From the NCBI GenBank assembly GCA_964016885.1, contig OZ024744.1, positions 90,396,001 through 90,460,000 on the forward strand: a stretch of 64,000 nucleotides of DNA, given 5' to 3'. The notes beneath the pieces were generated by a model. It did no database searches. It saw only the letters and a list, made by a program, of their open reading frames with translations, and was not told where the DNA came from. A program made the position numbers and the translations under genes. The DNA is from Eledone cirrhosa. Taxonomy: Eukaryota. How positions within the stretch are numbered: the first letter of the stretch is position 1; each line of letters starts with the position of its first letter. Of this stretch, positions 52,661 to 64,000 are shown piece after piece.

Positions 52661-52980
52661 TGTGTTAAACAATGAAAACAAAAGGTGAAGTTTAATACTT
52701 AATTAGTTCATTGTTTTACGATCGTTTCAGAAAATTGATTGAGCATGATAAATCGATAAAGTGACTAATCAATAGTAGTTACGGAATTCTATATTACTGT
52801 TTCTGACAAAGATGGTGAGATGGATCTACTGTATTGAGACTAATGATATAGAGTTACAAAAATACTATCGATTAGTCACTATATCGATTTTATCATGGCC
52901 AATCAATCTTCTGAAATAATCATAAAATAATGAACCAATTAAGCACTAAACTTTGCCTTTTGTTTTCATTGTTCAACACA
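52661..52980. repeat. Foldback element with ~145-bp imperfect inverted arms
   Basis: tgtgttaaacaatgaaaacaaaagg..atcgataaagtgactaatc is mirrored by gattagtcactatatcgat..ccttttgttttcattgttcaacaca. Confidence 0.8.
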
Positions 52981-53972
52981 TATATATGACTGTAGCTTGT
53001 TTGAATGTTCAATGAAATCCAATATGATGATATCCTACTACAAAAACAAAAACTCTCATCATCTGATCTCATTGGAAATAGGGTTACTGGCCTTACCTTA
53101 GACAGGTAGGCACCAATGAATATATATGGCTTAGTGGTTAGAGCATTGGCCTTGCAATCGAAAGGTTGTGAGTTCAATTCTCAGATCGGGTGATGTGTTG
53201 TGTCCTTGAGCAAGACACTTTATTTCACATTGCTCCAGTTTACTCAGCTGTAGAAATGAGGGGTCCCTATCATTTCCATGCAAAGTGGTCGTGGAGGTGC
53301 CACGGCAAAAAAGCACCCAGCCCACACTGTAAAGTGGGCGTGTAGGCGCCATGGAAAAAAAACACCCAGCACTCACGGTAAATGAGGTTGGTGTTAGGAA
53401 GGGCATCCAGCTTTAGAAATCAAGCCAGAATCAGTTCCCGTCCCACCCTTGCAAGCAGGGAAAAGCGGACGTAAAATGATGATGATGATGATGATATATA
53501 TATACAAACACACACATATTCATTTCCACCCTCACCACTCTCACAGGCACTAACGGGTCTTTTTGTTTCTGCCACTTCGTCACCCACACATCCATGATCA
53601 TAAACATCTTCTCTTACAACTAATACAGACCGACAAAATATGCACACTCCACTTTTACTCTCACTGCACTGTATATACACATACACACCCTTATATTAAC
53701 ATACTTTTGCTCATAGCTTCGTACTTACATGCACACACACTCTTTTACTTACTACACACACAAACACATGCTTATGCACACAGACAAGTATAGCTGTTTT
53801 TACAAAACTGTTTTTTCTTCTATTTCATGTAGACGCAATCCATCATCCACTTTTCTAAAAAAATAAATCATACACAAAACACCAGCACGAGCAGTTTTCC
53901 AAGAGATGTCAACCTGAATGGACCTGTTATTTTTATCTAAAGACATTTTTCCCAATTCCAACCTGCGCTTCA

Positions 53973-54414
<442 letters not shown>

Positions 54415-54415
<1 letters not shown>

Positions 54416-54680
54416 ATTTATTAAATAACAGATTAAAGTTTAAGCAAAGAATCGCTGCTTTCACCCTTAACGGGATATTCTGAAACTAACAAAGTCAATC
54501 TGTAAACGCAGAACTGGATATTTAAAAAAACGTTGCAACCGGAGGAAGACAGGAAGACGATACTTTTGGTTCGTGGAAACGTTCTGCGTTTACAGATTGA
54601 CTTTGTTAGTTTCAGAAGATCCCGTTAAGGGTGAAAGCAGCGATTCTTTGCTTAAACTTTAATCTGTTATTTAATAAATA
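54415..54680. repeat. ~100-bp near-perfect inverted repeat built from Helitron internal sequence
   Basis: Arms 54415-54514 and 54581-54680; the sequence matches 1435-1740. Confidence 0.85.
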
Positions 54681-54777
54681 TTTGCTCAACGGTTCTTATA
54701 TATTTGATATATATTTATCCTTATCGAGCCCTCTTTGGATTTTAGTCTTCAATTTTATTATTATTACTATATATACA

Positions 54778-54819
<42 letters not shown>

Positions 54820-55081
54820 TATATCATCATCATCATCATCGTTTAACGTCCATGTTCCACGCTTGCATGGGTTTGGACGGGAGTTTTCCCCCTTGAGGCA
54901 AGAGTGGTTGTCTCGCTCGCATAGGACTGTCTGGCGGGTTTTCTACAGCTGGATGCCCTTCCTAACACCAACCACATTTACAGTGTGGGTCTGGGAGGTT
55001 TTTACCGTGTTGCCTACACGGCTACATTACAGCGTGGACTGTCTGTTTTTTTGTCGTGACACCTACATATATATATATATA

Positions 55082-55115
<34 letters not shown>

Positions 55116-55479
55116 ATCATCATCATCATCATCGTTTAACGCCCGTGTTCCATGCTTGCATGGGTTTGGACGGGGGTAGTCCCACTTGAGGCAAGAGTGA
55201 TTGGCTTGCTCGCATAGGACTGTCTGGCGTGCAGCGTTCCACAGAAAGTAAAAACTATCAACATGTGTGAGTGTGTGCGTGAGTGTAAGTTTGCGTGCGT
55301 GTATGTGTGTGTGTACGTGCGGCATCCCACAATCGCCATGCAGTTTATCTGTTTGTGTGCCTGTCTGTTAGTCTAACATACACAGATTTGTGAAGGGAGT
55401 AAATAGGGACCTTTTTTTACATTGACGGACATCTTTTATATTAATTATCTATATCTATATCTACATATTATACCAGATT

Positions 55480-56090
55480 CTTCGTTGTACCGTTTGTGCA
55501 TAGTATATGAACAATTCAAGGTGCTCCCACCTAGAATAGTGGCCTCTAGGAGATGGTTCATCTTCTGCCTGACTGTAAAACTTGTATCATTTCATAGACG
55601 TGGTTGTTCCACGTTTCTCAAAAGGATGATGGAAGTTCCAATCTCTAACCATAATTTTCAGTAGCACCACTCCACATAAATTTCTCAATTTAAGAATAAT
55701 TTGTAGTATCTATTTCATACTATTAACCTTAATTGAATATATATCTGACCAGGAATGCTTTTTGTGAAAATCAGTCATATAGAACTATTGTCATCTTGCC
55801 TGACGGTTTGAACTTTACAACACCACCTGCCTCTTTGAGGTCAAATACCAACCCTACAAACTGACCAATGAAAATTAAGACTATTCCTGCTGACAGCATT
55901 AAATTATTCCTAACAAGCTCATATGTCCCAAGGCTCTGATACCAACAACACTATAAACACAGAGCTGGCATATCTAAGAACTGACTAACTGCCTGATGAG
56001 GTCATAGCCATTCAATGGCTATCATCGAAATATATATAGCAGTAAATAAAGGATTATGAGTTCATGCAATTTGTCTTGTTTCGTCACGAT
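55480..56090 (+). mobile_element. Decayed 3' end of a Penelope-like element (Neptune-type GIY-YIG C-terminus plus hammerhead-bearing terminal repeat)
   Basis: Broken frames read VPISNHNF and RTIVILPDGLNF, resembling the P-x-GLN end of Neptune endonucleases. They are followed by the hammerhead and end at a (TA)n tract. Confidence 0.55.
55988..56043 (+). ncRNA. Type-I minimal hammerhead ribozyme motif
   Basis: actgc CTGATGA ggtc atagccat tca atggctat catc GAAA tatata TA gcagt. Perfect stem I, long stem II with a G-C closing pair, palindromic AT stem III. Confidence 0.85.
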
Positions 56091-56106
56091 ATATAAATAA
56101 ATATAC

Positions 56107-56137
<31 letters not shown>

Positions 56138-56434
56138 AATATATATACATATATATATATATATAAATATATATACACATATATATATATATAAATATAT
56201 ATATATAAATATATATACATATATAAATATACATAAATATATATACATATATATATATATATAAATATATAAATATATATAAATATATAAATATATATAA
56301 ATATATAAATATAAATATATAAATATATATACATAAATATATATATATATAAATATATAAATATATATATATATAAATATATATACATATATATATATAA
56401 ATATATATACATATATATATATAAATATATATAC

Positions 56435-56479
<45 letters not shown>

Positions 56480-56572
56480 TATATAAATATATATATATAT
56501 ATATAAATATATATACATATATAAATATATACATATATATATATATATACATATATAAATAGATACATATAT
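56088..56572. repeat. (TA)n/TAAA compound microsatellite
   Basis: Directly visible. Confidence 0.95.
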
Positions 56573-56965
56573 ATCATCATCATCATCAACGTTTAACGTC
56601 CATGTTCCACGCTTGCATGGGTTTGGACGGGGGTAGTCCCACTTGAGGCAAGAGTGATTGGCTTGCTCGCATAGGACTGTCTGGCAGGTTTTCTACAGTT
56701 GGATGCCCTTCCTAACACCAACCACATTTACAGTGTGGGTCTGGGAGGTTTTTACCGTGTTGCCTACACGGCCACATTACAGCGTGGACTGTGTGTTTTT
56801 TTGTCGTGACACCTACACGATCTCATTTGTTTCGGCCTGGATGGCGCGGCACCAACATAACTTTACATAGAACGGGGTGGTGTGGATGGGGTGGGGGTGG
56901 GGGTGGTGGGACGGAGTGTATTTTGTTAGAGATGCCTACTGGCTGGAGTAGGTTTTACTATATAT

Positions 56966-59451
56966 TTAGGTAAGGCGGGTCTTCTCTGTTACTGAGTACC
57001 GCCAAAGGTCTCGGTCCAGTGACATTGTCTTGGAGAGGTGTAAGTGTGTGATGTCGGAGTTTATCAGCTCGTCCCAGGTTTTTCTAGGTCTGCCTATTCC
57101 GTGACTACCGTCTATCTTTATTGCCCTGCACTTTGTTATACAGCTATCGACTTTCATGCGCATCACGTGTCCATACCAACGTAGCCTTCTCTCGAGTAAA
57201 CAACATCTGATCCCTCTTATCTCTAATTTTTTCCTTAGTTCGTTTATGCTTTGCCGTTCACGTATATTACTGTTACACATCCAGCGGAGCATGCAAGCTT
57301 CGTTCCTCTCTAGTCTGCGTATATCCTCTGCACACAATGCCCAAGTCTCACTGCCATGCAGCATTGCTGTTCGTATGCAGGCATCGTACAACCTGCCTTT
57401 CATTTTTAGGGAGAACCCTTTAGCAGCTAATAGTGGTATAAGCTCTCTGAACTTTTTCCAACCAGTTCTGACTCTAGCTACAGTACTTTCAGAGCACCCT
57501 CCCCCACTGCTGATTTTATCGCCCAGGTAACGGAAGCTGTCCACTATTTCTATAGAACCCTCTGCGCAATTGAAAGAGCTAGTATTTTGTGGGCACTTGC
57601 TGCTACTTATTGCACCAGAACACCGGCCACATGTAAAATCTATGTTCTTAGTTAGCTTACCTGTGATCCCACTACATCTTTTATGCACCCATACTTTGCA
57701 TTTAGGACATAAAATGGAGTTTCTACCTACGCCTTTCCTACACACCGAGCACGACCATTTCCCAGAAGGGACCGCCGCCTTGTTTTCTTTCCTACAAACT
57801 AGAACTTTGGTCTTAGCCAGGTTAATTTTAAGTCCTTTTGACTCTAGGCCGTGCTTCCATGTTTGGAATTTCTTCTCTAGCTCAGCCATTGATTCCGCTA
57901 TGAGTGTCAGGTCGTCTGCGTATAGGAGTTCCCATGGGCAGCCTGTCTTGAACTCCTCTGTTATAGCCTGAAGGGCAATAATAAATAGTAGGGGGCTGAG
58001 AACAGAGCCCTGATGGACGCCAACTTTTACGCTAAACTCTTCACTATATTCGTTGTTAATTCTAACCTTGCTGACTGTTTCTTTATACATGGCTTGTATA
58101 GCCCTCATAAGCCATTCGTCAACGCCTAGTTTTCTAAGAGCCCACCAGATAATGGAGCGGGGGACTCTGTCGAAGGCCTTCTCCAAGTCGACAAAAGCTA
58201 AGTATAGGGGTTTACTTTTAGCAAGGTACTTCTCATGTAGTTGTCGTACAATGAAAAGAGCGTCTGTGGTACTTTTGCCTGACACAAACCCGAACTGCAT
58301 TTCATCTAGGTCAATTCTCTCTGATTAGTTGCGCTATTACTTTTTCCGTGACCTTCATGACCTGGTCGATTAATTTAATGCCTCTATAGTTGCTCCTATC
58401 TAGGGCGTCTCCTTTACCCTTATAACAGTTAACGATGATGCTGCTATGCCAGTCCTTCGGAACAACCCCATTCTGTACGACTTGGTTAACTATGCGGGTG
58501 ACCATGGTGTGTCCCACCGTGCCAGATGCCTTCAGCATCTCAGCAACTATTTCCGAAGGCCCAGCCGCCTTACCCGTCTTCATATCCTTGATTGCCTTAC
58601 TTATTATACTCCCCTCAACTAACACTGCTGGTCCCTCTATTGGGTCGATATGGGGGAGACTGTCTTTCTCCCATTTATTCTCCTCATTTAGTAGCCTTTC
58701 ATAGTGACAGTTCCAAGCTACCTTCTTATCAGCGTCGGTGATGGCAAGTGTGCCATCGTCGTTTAGTACACACTTCTCCCCGACAATATCACGGTTTTCC
58801 TTGACGCATTGCCTAGCAATCCTGAACACCTCACGTTTTTGGTCATCGCGTTGTAGAACATGCTTGAACTTTCTTTCCTCAGCTTCCCTTCTTGCTAAGT
58901 ACACTTGTCTCCTAGCTTCCCTCCTGGCCACTTGATAGTCTTCTCTACTTCCCCCATCCCGCCATACTTTCCAAGCCTGCTTTTTGGCCTTAATTGACCC
59001 CTCCACCTTACTGTTCCACCACCATGTTACTCTCCTCCTGCCTACAGGCCTGCTCCAGCCACAGACTTCGTCTGTCGCCAACAGCAGGTTTGCTTTCAGA
59101 AATTCCCACTCTCCCTCTATATTGTCCGACTCTAAATGTTCTTCCTTACTGTCGAAAGCATCAAGTAATATGCTTTGAAATTTATTCCTGGCTGTGGGGT
59201 CCTTTAGCTTCCATATTTTTCTCCTGAGGATAGTCCTCTTCTGCTGTCGAGTACGTCTCGTCCTGACTATGAGGTCGCTAATTATCAGTCTATGTTGGGA
59301 GGTGCATTCTTCATGGGGGAGGGATTTAGTGTTTACAACAGACACTCTGTCACGTCTTCTGGTAAGGATATAATCTACCTGGCTTGTGTGTTCCCCGGAT
59401 CTATAGGTGATCAGGTGATTGTCACGTTTTTTGAAGTTAGTGTTACAGATA
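56966..59451 (-). pseudogene. RTE ORF central and C-terminal part (end of APE, RT), with a 2-bp frameshift at ~58315
   Basis: ORFs 58311-59498 and 56966-58300 join as AQLIRE/RIDLDEMQFGF if one GA is restored in a (GA)n run. Confidence 0.88.
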
Positions 59452-62400
59452 TATTTCTTTATTAGCCACAGGGGCACAAAAGAAGGGGACAAATACAAAG
59501 GGGGAAGTTTACATACAATAAAAACGTGTAAAATGTTATCACAGATGGAATTTAAAAGTTAGTCGATTTTCCCCAATAGAGGGAGACAGTTTATATGGGT
59601 AACACAGACCCCCGAAAAAAATGTGCAACCCTCATCTCCAGGAGTACGAAGAGCTTGTACTCCTTTCCTCTCCTCCTCCTTTTCCTCAACCTACAGGCTG
59701 ATATAGAGAGAAGGCCCATTCACTCGGGCCATTCTCGCCACTTTCACCCACCTTTCATAAAACTTGCTGGGGTACAGCACCTCTCTCTCCATCCTGATTC
59801 TTCTTCCAAAGTGGTATTTGAAAAAAAGAATCAGTTGTTGGCCGGAGAGAAAGGTGTCTGACCTCAGCCCTTTCAACCTTGTCCACCATACAACCTCTTT
59901 CGCCATAGCTATCACACAAAGGAAAACCGCCTCTCCTTCGTTTTTGAAGGAGGGTGGCGGTTTGATCATGACAATGGACTCGGTGGTCAACTGGATTGGT
60001 CCCACCCGCGACAATAGTCGTTCCACATAGCCCCACAGGTCAGTGACGCCCGGGCAGTGTATGAATGCGTGCGCGACGGTTTCTTCGTCTCGCACGCACC
60101 TCGGACAGATCTTTTTTGCAGGGTCCCTGCCCGGGCGCCCATGTCTGTAGAGCTTGTCTCGAACTGGTAGAGCTCCTCGGTAGCACTGCCAGGCCAGGGA
60201 CTTTTGGAAGTTGTCCATCGGTCCCGGGCGGAAGGTCCTACCGAACAGACTGGCCAGTTCATCTTCCTCCACGCCTAGAGTTTCACCGAGCGCGTCGTCG
60301 CACTTGCTGCGGACCAACCCTCTATAGAATGACGAAGTGGAGTCTCCACTGATCGCCGGGTCCGCCTGCCAGAGGGCTGTGAGCGCCTGAGCACATTCGA
60401 TGTGCCAGTCGCCCATTTTCCTCGGTCTCTGCTTGACCCAGGACTGCAGCTCGGTCAGCGAGACGAGTCGTGGGAAGGCTCGCCTCACGAACGGGGCCCA
60501 CACCGGTTGTCCGGTGAGGAATACGTAGAGATGCCGCAGCCTGAGCGCGTGTTTGCGCATCGTCAACCACGGCATCCCCAGCCCTCCGTTAGAAGGGTGT
60601 TGGCAGCAGATGGATCTTCTTACCAAAGGAGCCCGCCTCTTCCAAAGGAATCGGAAGAGGGCGCGCTCCATTTTGGCGAGCGTTTTGGCTGGACAAGGCA
60701 CGACGGTCAAGCGGTAGTAGATGGCGGACGCTATAAAAGTGTTCGCCACCTCCGCTCGACCTTTCAAGGATAGTTTGCACTCGGCCCACTTCTGGGTGAG
60801 TGCAAACACCTTGGCCGTCACTTCGTTCCAGTTCTTCTCCACCTGGAGGTCCGGACCAAACCAGACCCCGAGCAGCTTTACCGGTCCTTCCGTCCAGCGT
60901 CCGACGACGCCATCGGAAGGCATCGGTCTGCCTCTCCACGATCCGAGTTGCAAACCGATGGACTTGTCCCGGTTCAGCTTCGCTCCTGTGAGACTTTCGT
61001 ATTCCTTTAGTAAGGTGCCGACTTCCTCGATTTGCGAGGCGCTCGACACCATTACTGTCACGTCGTCGGCGTAGGCCGACGCCGCTTTCCGCAGTCCCGG
61101 TTCCAGAGGGATGCCCTGCAATAGCTCCAGCTTCCGCAGTAGTGGCTCGAGAGTCAGTACGTACAGAAGGGAGGAGAGAGGGCATCCCTGTCGAATGGAT
61201 CGCGTAATATGGAACGGCTCCGAGAGGTAACCGTTCACCTTGACCCTTGAGCAGATGTTGCTGTTGTGCATTGCAGCAATCCAGCCCCTGAACACGGGTC
61301 CGAAGCCTGCCGCCTCGAGCACCGCATCCAGGTAACGATGGTCAACCCTATCGAAAGCCTTAGACTGATCCAAGTTGATCAGGGCCCCACCGAAGCCGGG
61401 TTTACACCCTACCCTCTCTATGATGTATCGCATGAGGTGGAGGTTGTCGTGTATGGACCTGGTCGGGATCGCGCATGTCTGCGCTTCTCCCACCAGGTTC
61501 TCGACGACAAGCGCCAGCCTCTTTGCCAACACCTTGGCCAAAATCTGTAACTCTGTGTTTAGCAGAGCTATGGGCCGGAAGTTGCCTATGTCATCCCCCT
61601 TATTCTCGTCCTTCCTGATTAGTGTGACCACGCCCCCGGTTACAGAATTGGGAATTCTCCCGTTCTGTTGCCAGTTGCAGTAGACCGCTTCCAGGAGACC
61701 GGAGAATAAGTCCGGCATTGCTACGTAAAATTCGTAGGGTAGACCGTCGAGACCTGGAGATTTGCGTTTGCCGCATTGGCTCAGCGCGTCCCCTATCTCA
61801 GTGGCTGAAATCGGCTTTTCGCAGAACTTCGCCTCGCTGTCCGAGAGTCGCGGTAGGCCGTCGAGGTATGGACCGAAATCCATAGCCTCTCCCGGCGCGC
61901 CGCTCCCCCCGAACAGCCGAGCAAAGTGCCGCTGAAAAGCCGCACACATCTGCTTCGGCTCACGTATCACGCGTCCGTTTTGGTCCTTCAAAGACCGAAT
62001 CGTGGACTTGTTGCCACTTTTTGCCTCCGTCACTCGGGTCCAGCTAACAGCTTTGGCTCCCTCGTTTCCCAGAGCACGTATTTTGCTTCTGACAACGCAG
62101 CCCTCGTGCTTTGCGTCGAAGAACTGGTCCAAGGCCGTTCTCGTTGCTAGCACGCTGGCTACGTTGCCACTTCTAATAGCCTCTTCTACTTTATCTACCA
62201 GTTCCTTCTCGGTTCTATTTCTATCTAACGCTAATTCTTTACTAAAAACTATCGAGTCTAATCTAACTGCCCTCTTGAGAGAGTACCACCATCTGTTGTT
62301 GACAATGGCCCCTGTCAAGTGCTGTTTAACTAAAGTGCTAATCCGTCTACTGTAGGCTTTGCTTGTCGGTAACGACAAGTTCAGCTTCCAGTAGCCGGGT

Positions 62401-62850
62401 CCTTGTCTATGGGTTCTATCAAGGTTGGCCATGCAGGTCACTAGTTTGTGATCTGAATAGGCAACCATGAACATTTGTGGACAGCTTAACATGTCCCTAT
62501 CCTTATTTCTAACTAGAACCCTATCTAGGTACGATCTAGATGTTCCGCTACGATTACTCCACGTCCACAGTGGCGCAGTCGGAAAATCTAGTCGATATCT
62601 ATCGGCCAGGTCAAATCGGTCGATTAACTGTTTGAGGCTGTTACACCCCCCTTTATCGGGACATGCTCCCACATAGTCCCAACGTGCATCTAGGATTCCA
62701 TTCCAGTCCCCCACTAAAAGCAAGGAGCGGGACGTTCCCAGAAAAGTCTCTAGACGTTTGAAGAAGTCTGGCCGCGGTGTCCCGGATGGGGCATATGCGG
62801 CCACCAGCCTGAACGCTCCACCTTCACTACCGTCAACGTCTAGGACCACC
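59452..62850 (-). mobile_element. 5'-truncated Tx1/L1-clade LINE inserted into the RTE element
   Basis: 17-bp TSD agttagtgttacagata at 59435-59451 and 62851-62867; 3' end ..GCTAATAAAGAAATA; GC- and CpG-rich relative to its flanks. Confidence 0.92.
59691..62849 (-). CDS. Tx1/L1-type ORF2, N-truncated (APE C-half, RT, zf-RVT), uninterrupted 1,052 aa
   Basis: AAYAPS, LVGDWN, SYLDRV, SDH, GPGYWKLN, KSPGLDG, FRPIALLN, DQSKAFDRV, RQGCPLS, YADD, GGLG, CPRC..ETVAHAFIHC. The ORF start is the truncation point, not a real initiator. Confidence 0.9.
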   Translation of the reverse strand: MVLDVDGSEGGAFRLVAAYAPSGTPRPDFFKRLETFLGTSRSLLLVGDWNGILDARWDYVGACPDKGGCNSLKQLIDRFDLADRYRLDFPTAPLWTWSNRSGTSRSYLDRVLVRNKDRDMLSCPQMFMVAYSDHKLVTCMANLDRTHRQGPGYWKLNLSLPTSKAYSRRISTLVKQHLTGAIVNNRWWYSLKRAVRLDSIVFSKELALDRNRTEKELVDKVEEAIRSGNVASVLATRTALDQFFDAKHEGCVVRSKIRALGNEGAKAVSWTRVTEAKSGNKSTIRSLKDQNGRVIREPKQMCAAFQRHFARLFGGSGAPGEAMDFGPYLDGLPRLSDSEAKFCEKPISATEIGDALSQCGKRKSPGLDGLPYEFYVAMPDLFSGLLEAVYCNWQQNGRIPNSVTGGVVTLIRKDENKGDDIGNFRPIALLNTELQILAKVLAKRLALVVENLVGEAQTCAIPTRSIHDNLHLMRYIIERVGCKPGFGGALINLDQSKAFDRVDHRYLDAVLEAAGFGPVFRGWIAAMHNSNICSRVKVNGYLSEPFHITRSIRQGCPLSSLLYVLTLEPLLRKLELLQGIPLEPGLRKAASAYADDVTVMVSSASQIEEVGTLLKEYESLTGAKLNRDKSIGLQLGSWRGRPMPSDGVVGRWTEGPVKLLGVWFGPDLQVEKNWNEVTAKVFALTQKWAECKLSLKGRAEVANTFIASAIYYRLTVVPCPAKTLAKMERALFRFLWKRRAPLVRRSICCQHPSNGGLGMPWLTMRKHALRLRHLYVFLTGQPVWAPFVRRAFPRLVSLTELQSWVKQRPRKMGDWHIECAQALTALWQADPAISGDSTSSFYRGLVRSKCDDALGETLGVEEDELASLFGRTFRPGPMDNFQKSLAWQCYRGALPVRDKLYRHGRPGRDPAKKICPRCVRDEETVAHAFIHCPGVTDLWGYVERLLSRVGPIQLTTESIVMIKPPPSFKNEGEAVFLCVIAMAKEVVWWTRLKGLRSDTFLSGQQLILFFKYHFGRRIRMEREVLYPSKFYERWVKVARMARVNGPSLYISL

Positions 62851-63420
62851 AGTTAGTGTTACAGATAGTTAGGTTATTTGCATCACAGAATTCCAGGATT
62901 CTGGAGCCTTCCTCATTTCTAGTACCAAACCCATAGCCTCCATGGATTTCGTCGTAGCCGTCACAATGTTGTCCAACGTGACCATTTAGGTCGCCTGCAA
63001 TAATTATATAGTCACTGTCGGATATTTGGGAGGTAGTTAGCATCAGTGTCTCATAGAATCTGTCTTTTATAGTGCCGGGCAGTCCGGATTGGGGTGCGTA
63101 CGCAGATATTACTGTCACCATAGTTCTATTGAGGACAAGTCGTATTTTAATTATTCTGTTGTTCACTCTATTTACGTCTATTATCTTATCTGCCCACTTT
63201 TCTGCTAACATGATTCCTACTCCACCCAGCCCATCGTCGTTTCCCACCCAGAAAAGCTTATAACATCGTTTTTTACCCTCAATGAACCTAGCAGACCCAC
63301 CCCTCCACCTGGTCTCTTGAATACAACAAACATCGACCTCCTTACGTTCAAGCATTTCTACAACCTCGTTAGCGCGACCCTTTAGGTACCGACTACATTT
63401 ATGGTACCAACTCTGAAGTT
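62851..63420 (-). pseudogene. RTE ORF N-terminal part (APE endonuclease), frameshifted near 63385
   Basis: FRVGTINVVGT then shifted LKGRANEVVEMLE..ANNLTICNTN; continues as FKKRDNHLITY after the nested insertion. Confidence 0.85.
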
Positions 63421-63773
63421 TTGGATTGCATTTGGGGGTTGGGGGCGGGGGGCGATGGGGATATGTTAGCCGTCCGCGGTCGAAACAATGAGGAGTGCTC
63501 ACATTCTCGTCGAAGAGGTGAATTTGTCTTTATCTTTGGCATTGTTGCTGAGCGTCCACATTTTTCTCTCTCTCCTCCACTCTCCAGGATTCCGCAGTCC
63601 ATCCATCCATCATATATCGAAAGGCAACCAGGCAAGCGATAGTATAGGCCTCTGGCTTCTGATTGGTCCGCGTAATAATAATACTGGTGATGCGTGGGGG
63701 CTCTAGCTTATGATTGGTCCACGTAATAGCAATGGTGGTGCGTGGGGGCGGGAGAGAGGGGTGTTGGGTAGCC

Positions 63774-63873
63774 TAGATAGAAGGTAATGATTGAATGGGG
63801 TCCTTGCACATTTAACAAGCGATTAGATAGAAGGTAATGATTGAATGGGGTCCTTGCACATTTAACAAGCGAT
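63774..63873. repeat. Perfect 50-bp tandem duplication
   Basis: tagatagaaggtaatgattgaatggggtccttgcacatttaacaagcgat x2. Confidence 0.9.
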
Positions 63874-64000
63874 TAACAAAAATACAAAATTTGTTCTGTT
63901 CAATACGACCAAAAACTTTCGTATCTAACAATTAATAAATACAAAAAATGTAGATTGTTTTAGCGATAGATTGGCTATTTGGACTTGATACGAAGTGTGG

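Larger units (their letters stand above)
56573..63640 (-). mobile_element. Near full-length RTE-clade LINE (APE + RT + Cys/His PHD-like segment), interrupted by a nested LINE; 5' boundary approximate
   Basis: APE motifs CIQETRW, SAYAPQ, IAGDLNGHVG, SQVDYIL; RT motifs QFGF, FVDLEKAFDRV, GVHQGSVLSP, YADD, FRYLG; RTE C-terminus RLRWYGHVMRM..GRPRKTW; 3' UTR ending in (GAT)n at ~56575. Confidence 0.93.

Overview
This is AT-rich, microsatellite-dense eukaryotic DNA, not prokaryotic. The (TA)n/(CA)n/(CAT)n density, CORE- and Nin/Deu-domain tRNA SINEs and RTE LINEs with (GAT)n tails suggest a coleoid cephalopod such as an octopus (inference). One host gene is visible: a minus-strand ANKRD50 orthologue (STAND/NACHT-like P-loop NTPase plus ankyrin repeats) in three phase-0 coding exons (44214-33697, 24778-22931, 20494-18281). 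It would encode about 4,860 aa, against about 1,430 aa for the vertebrate protein as recalled. The excess comes from at least eight stop-free, in-frame low-complexity insertions that split the NTPase fold and even individual ankyrin repeats. These inserts carry their own repeat modules, including tandem DSGIGS (beta-TrCP degron-like) motifs and a roughly 12-copy Tyr/Asp/Lys-rich repeat. The non-coding DNA holds several type-I minimal hammerhead ribozyme motifs (clearest at 1161-1203, 3605-3655 and 55988-56043), mostly in small Penelope-like insertions beside (TA)n tracts. It also has a near full-length RTE LINE interrupted by a young Tx1/L1-clade LINE with a 17-bp TSD, HERO-, CRE- and Rex3-like LINE relics, non-autonomous Helitrons, piggyBac-type MITEs, many SINEs and several long palindromes. 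Most short ORFs in the supplied track are microsatellite artefacts. Family assignments come from recalled motifs; no database search was run.
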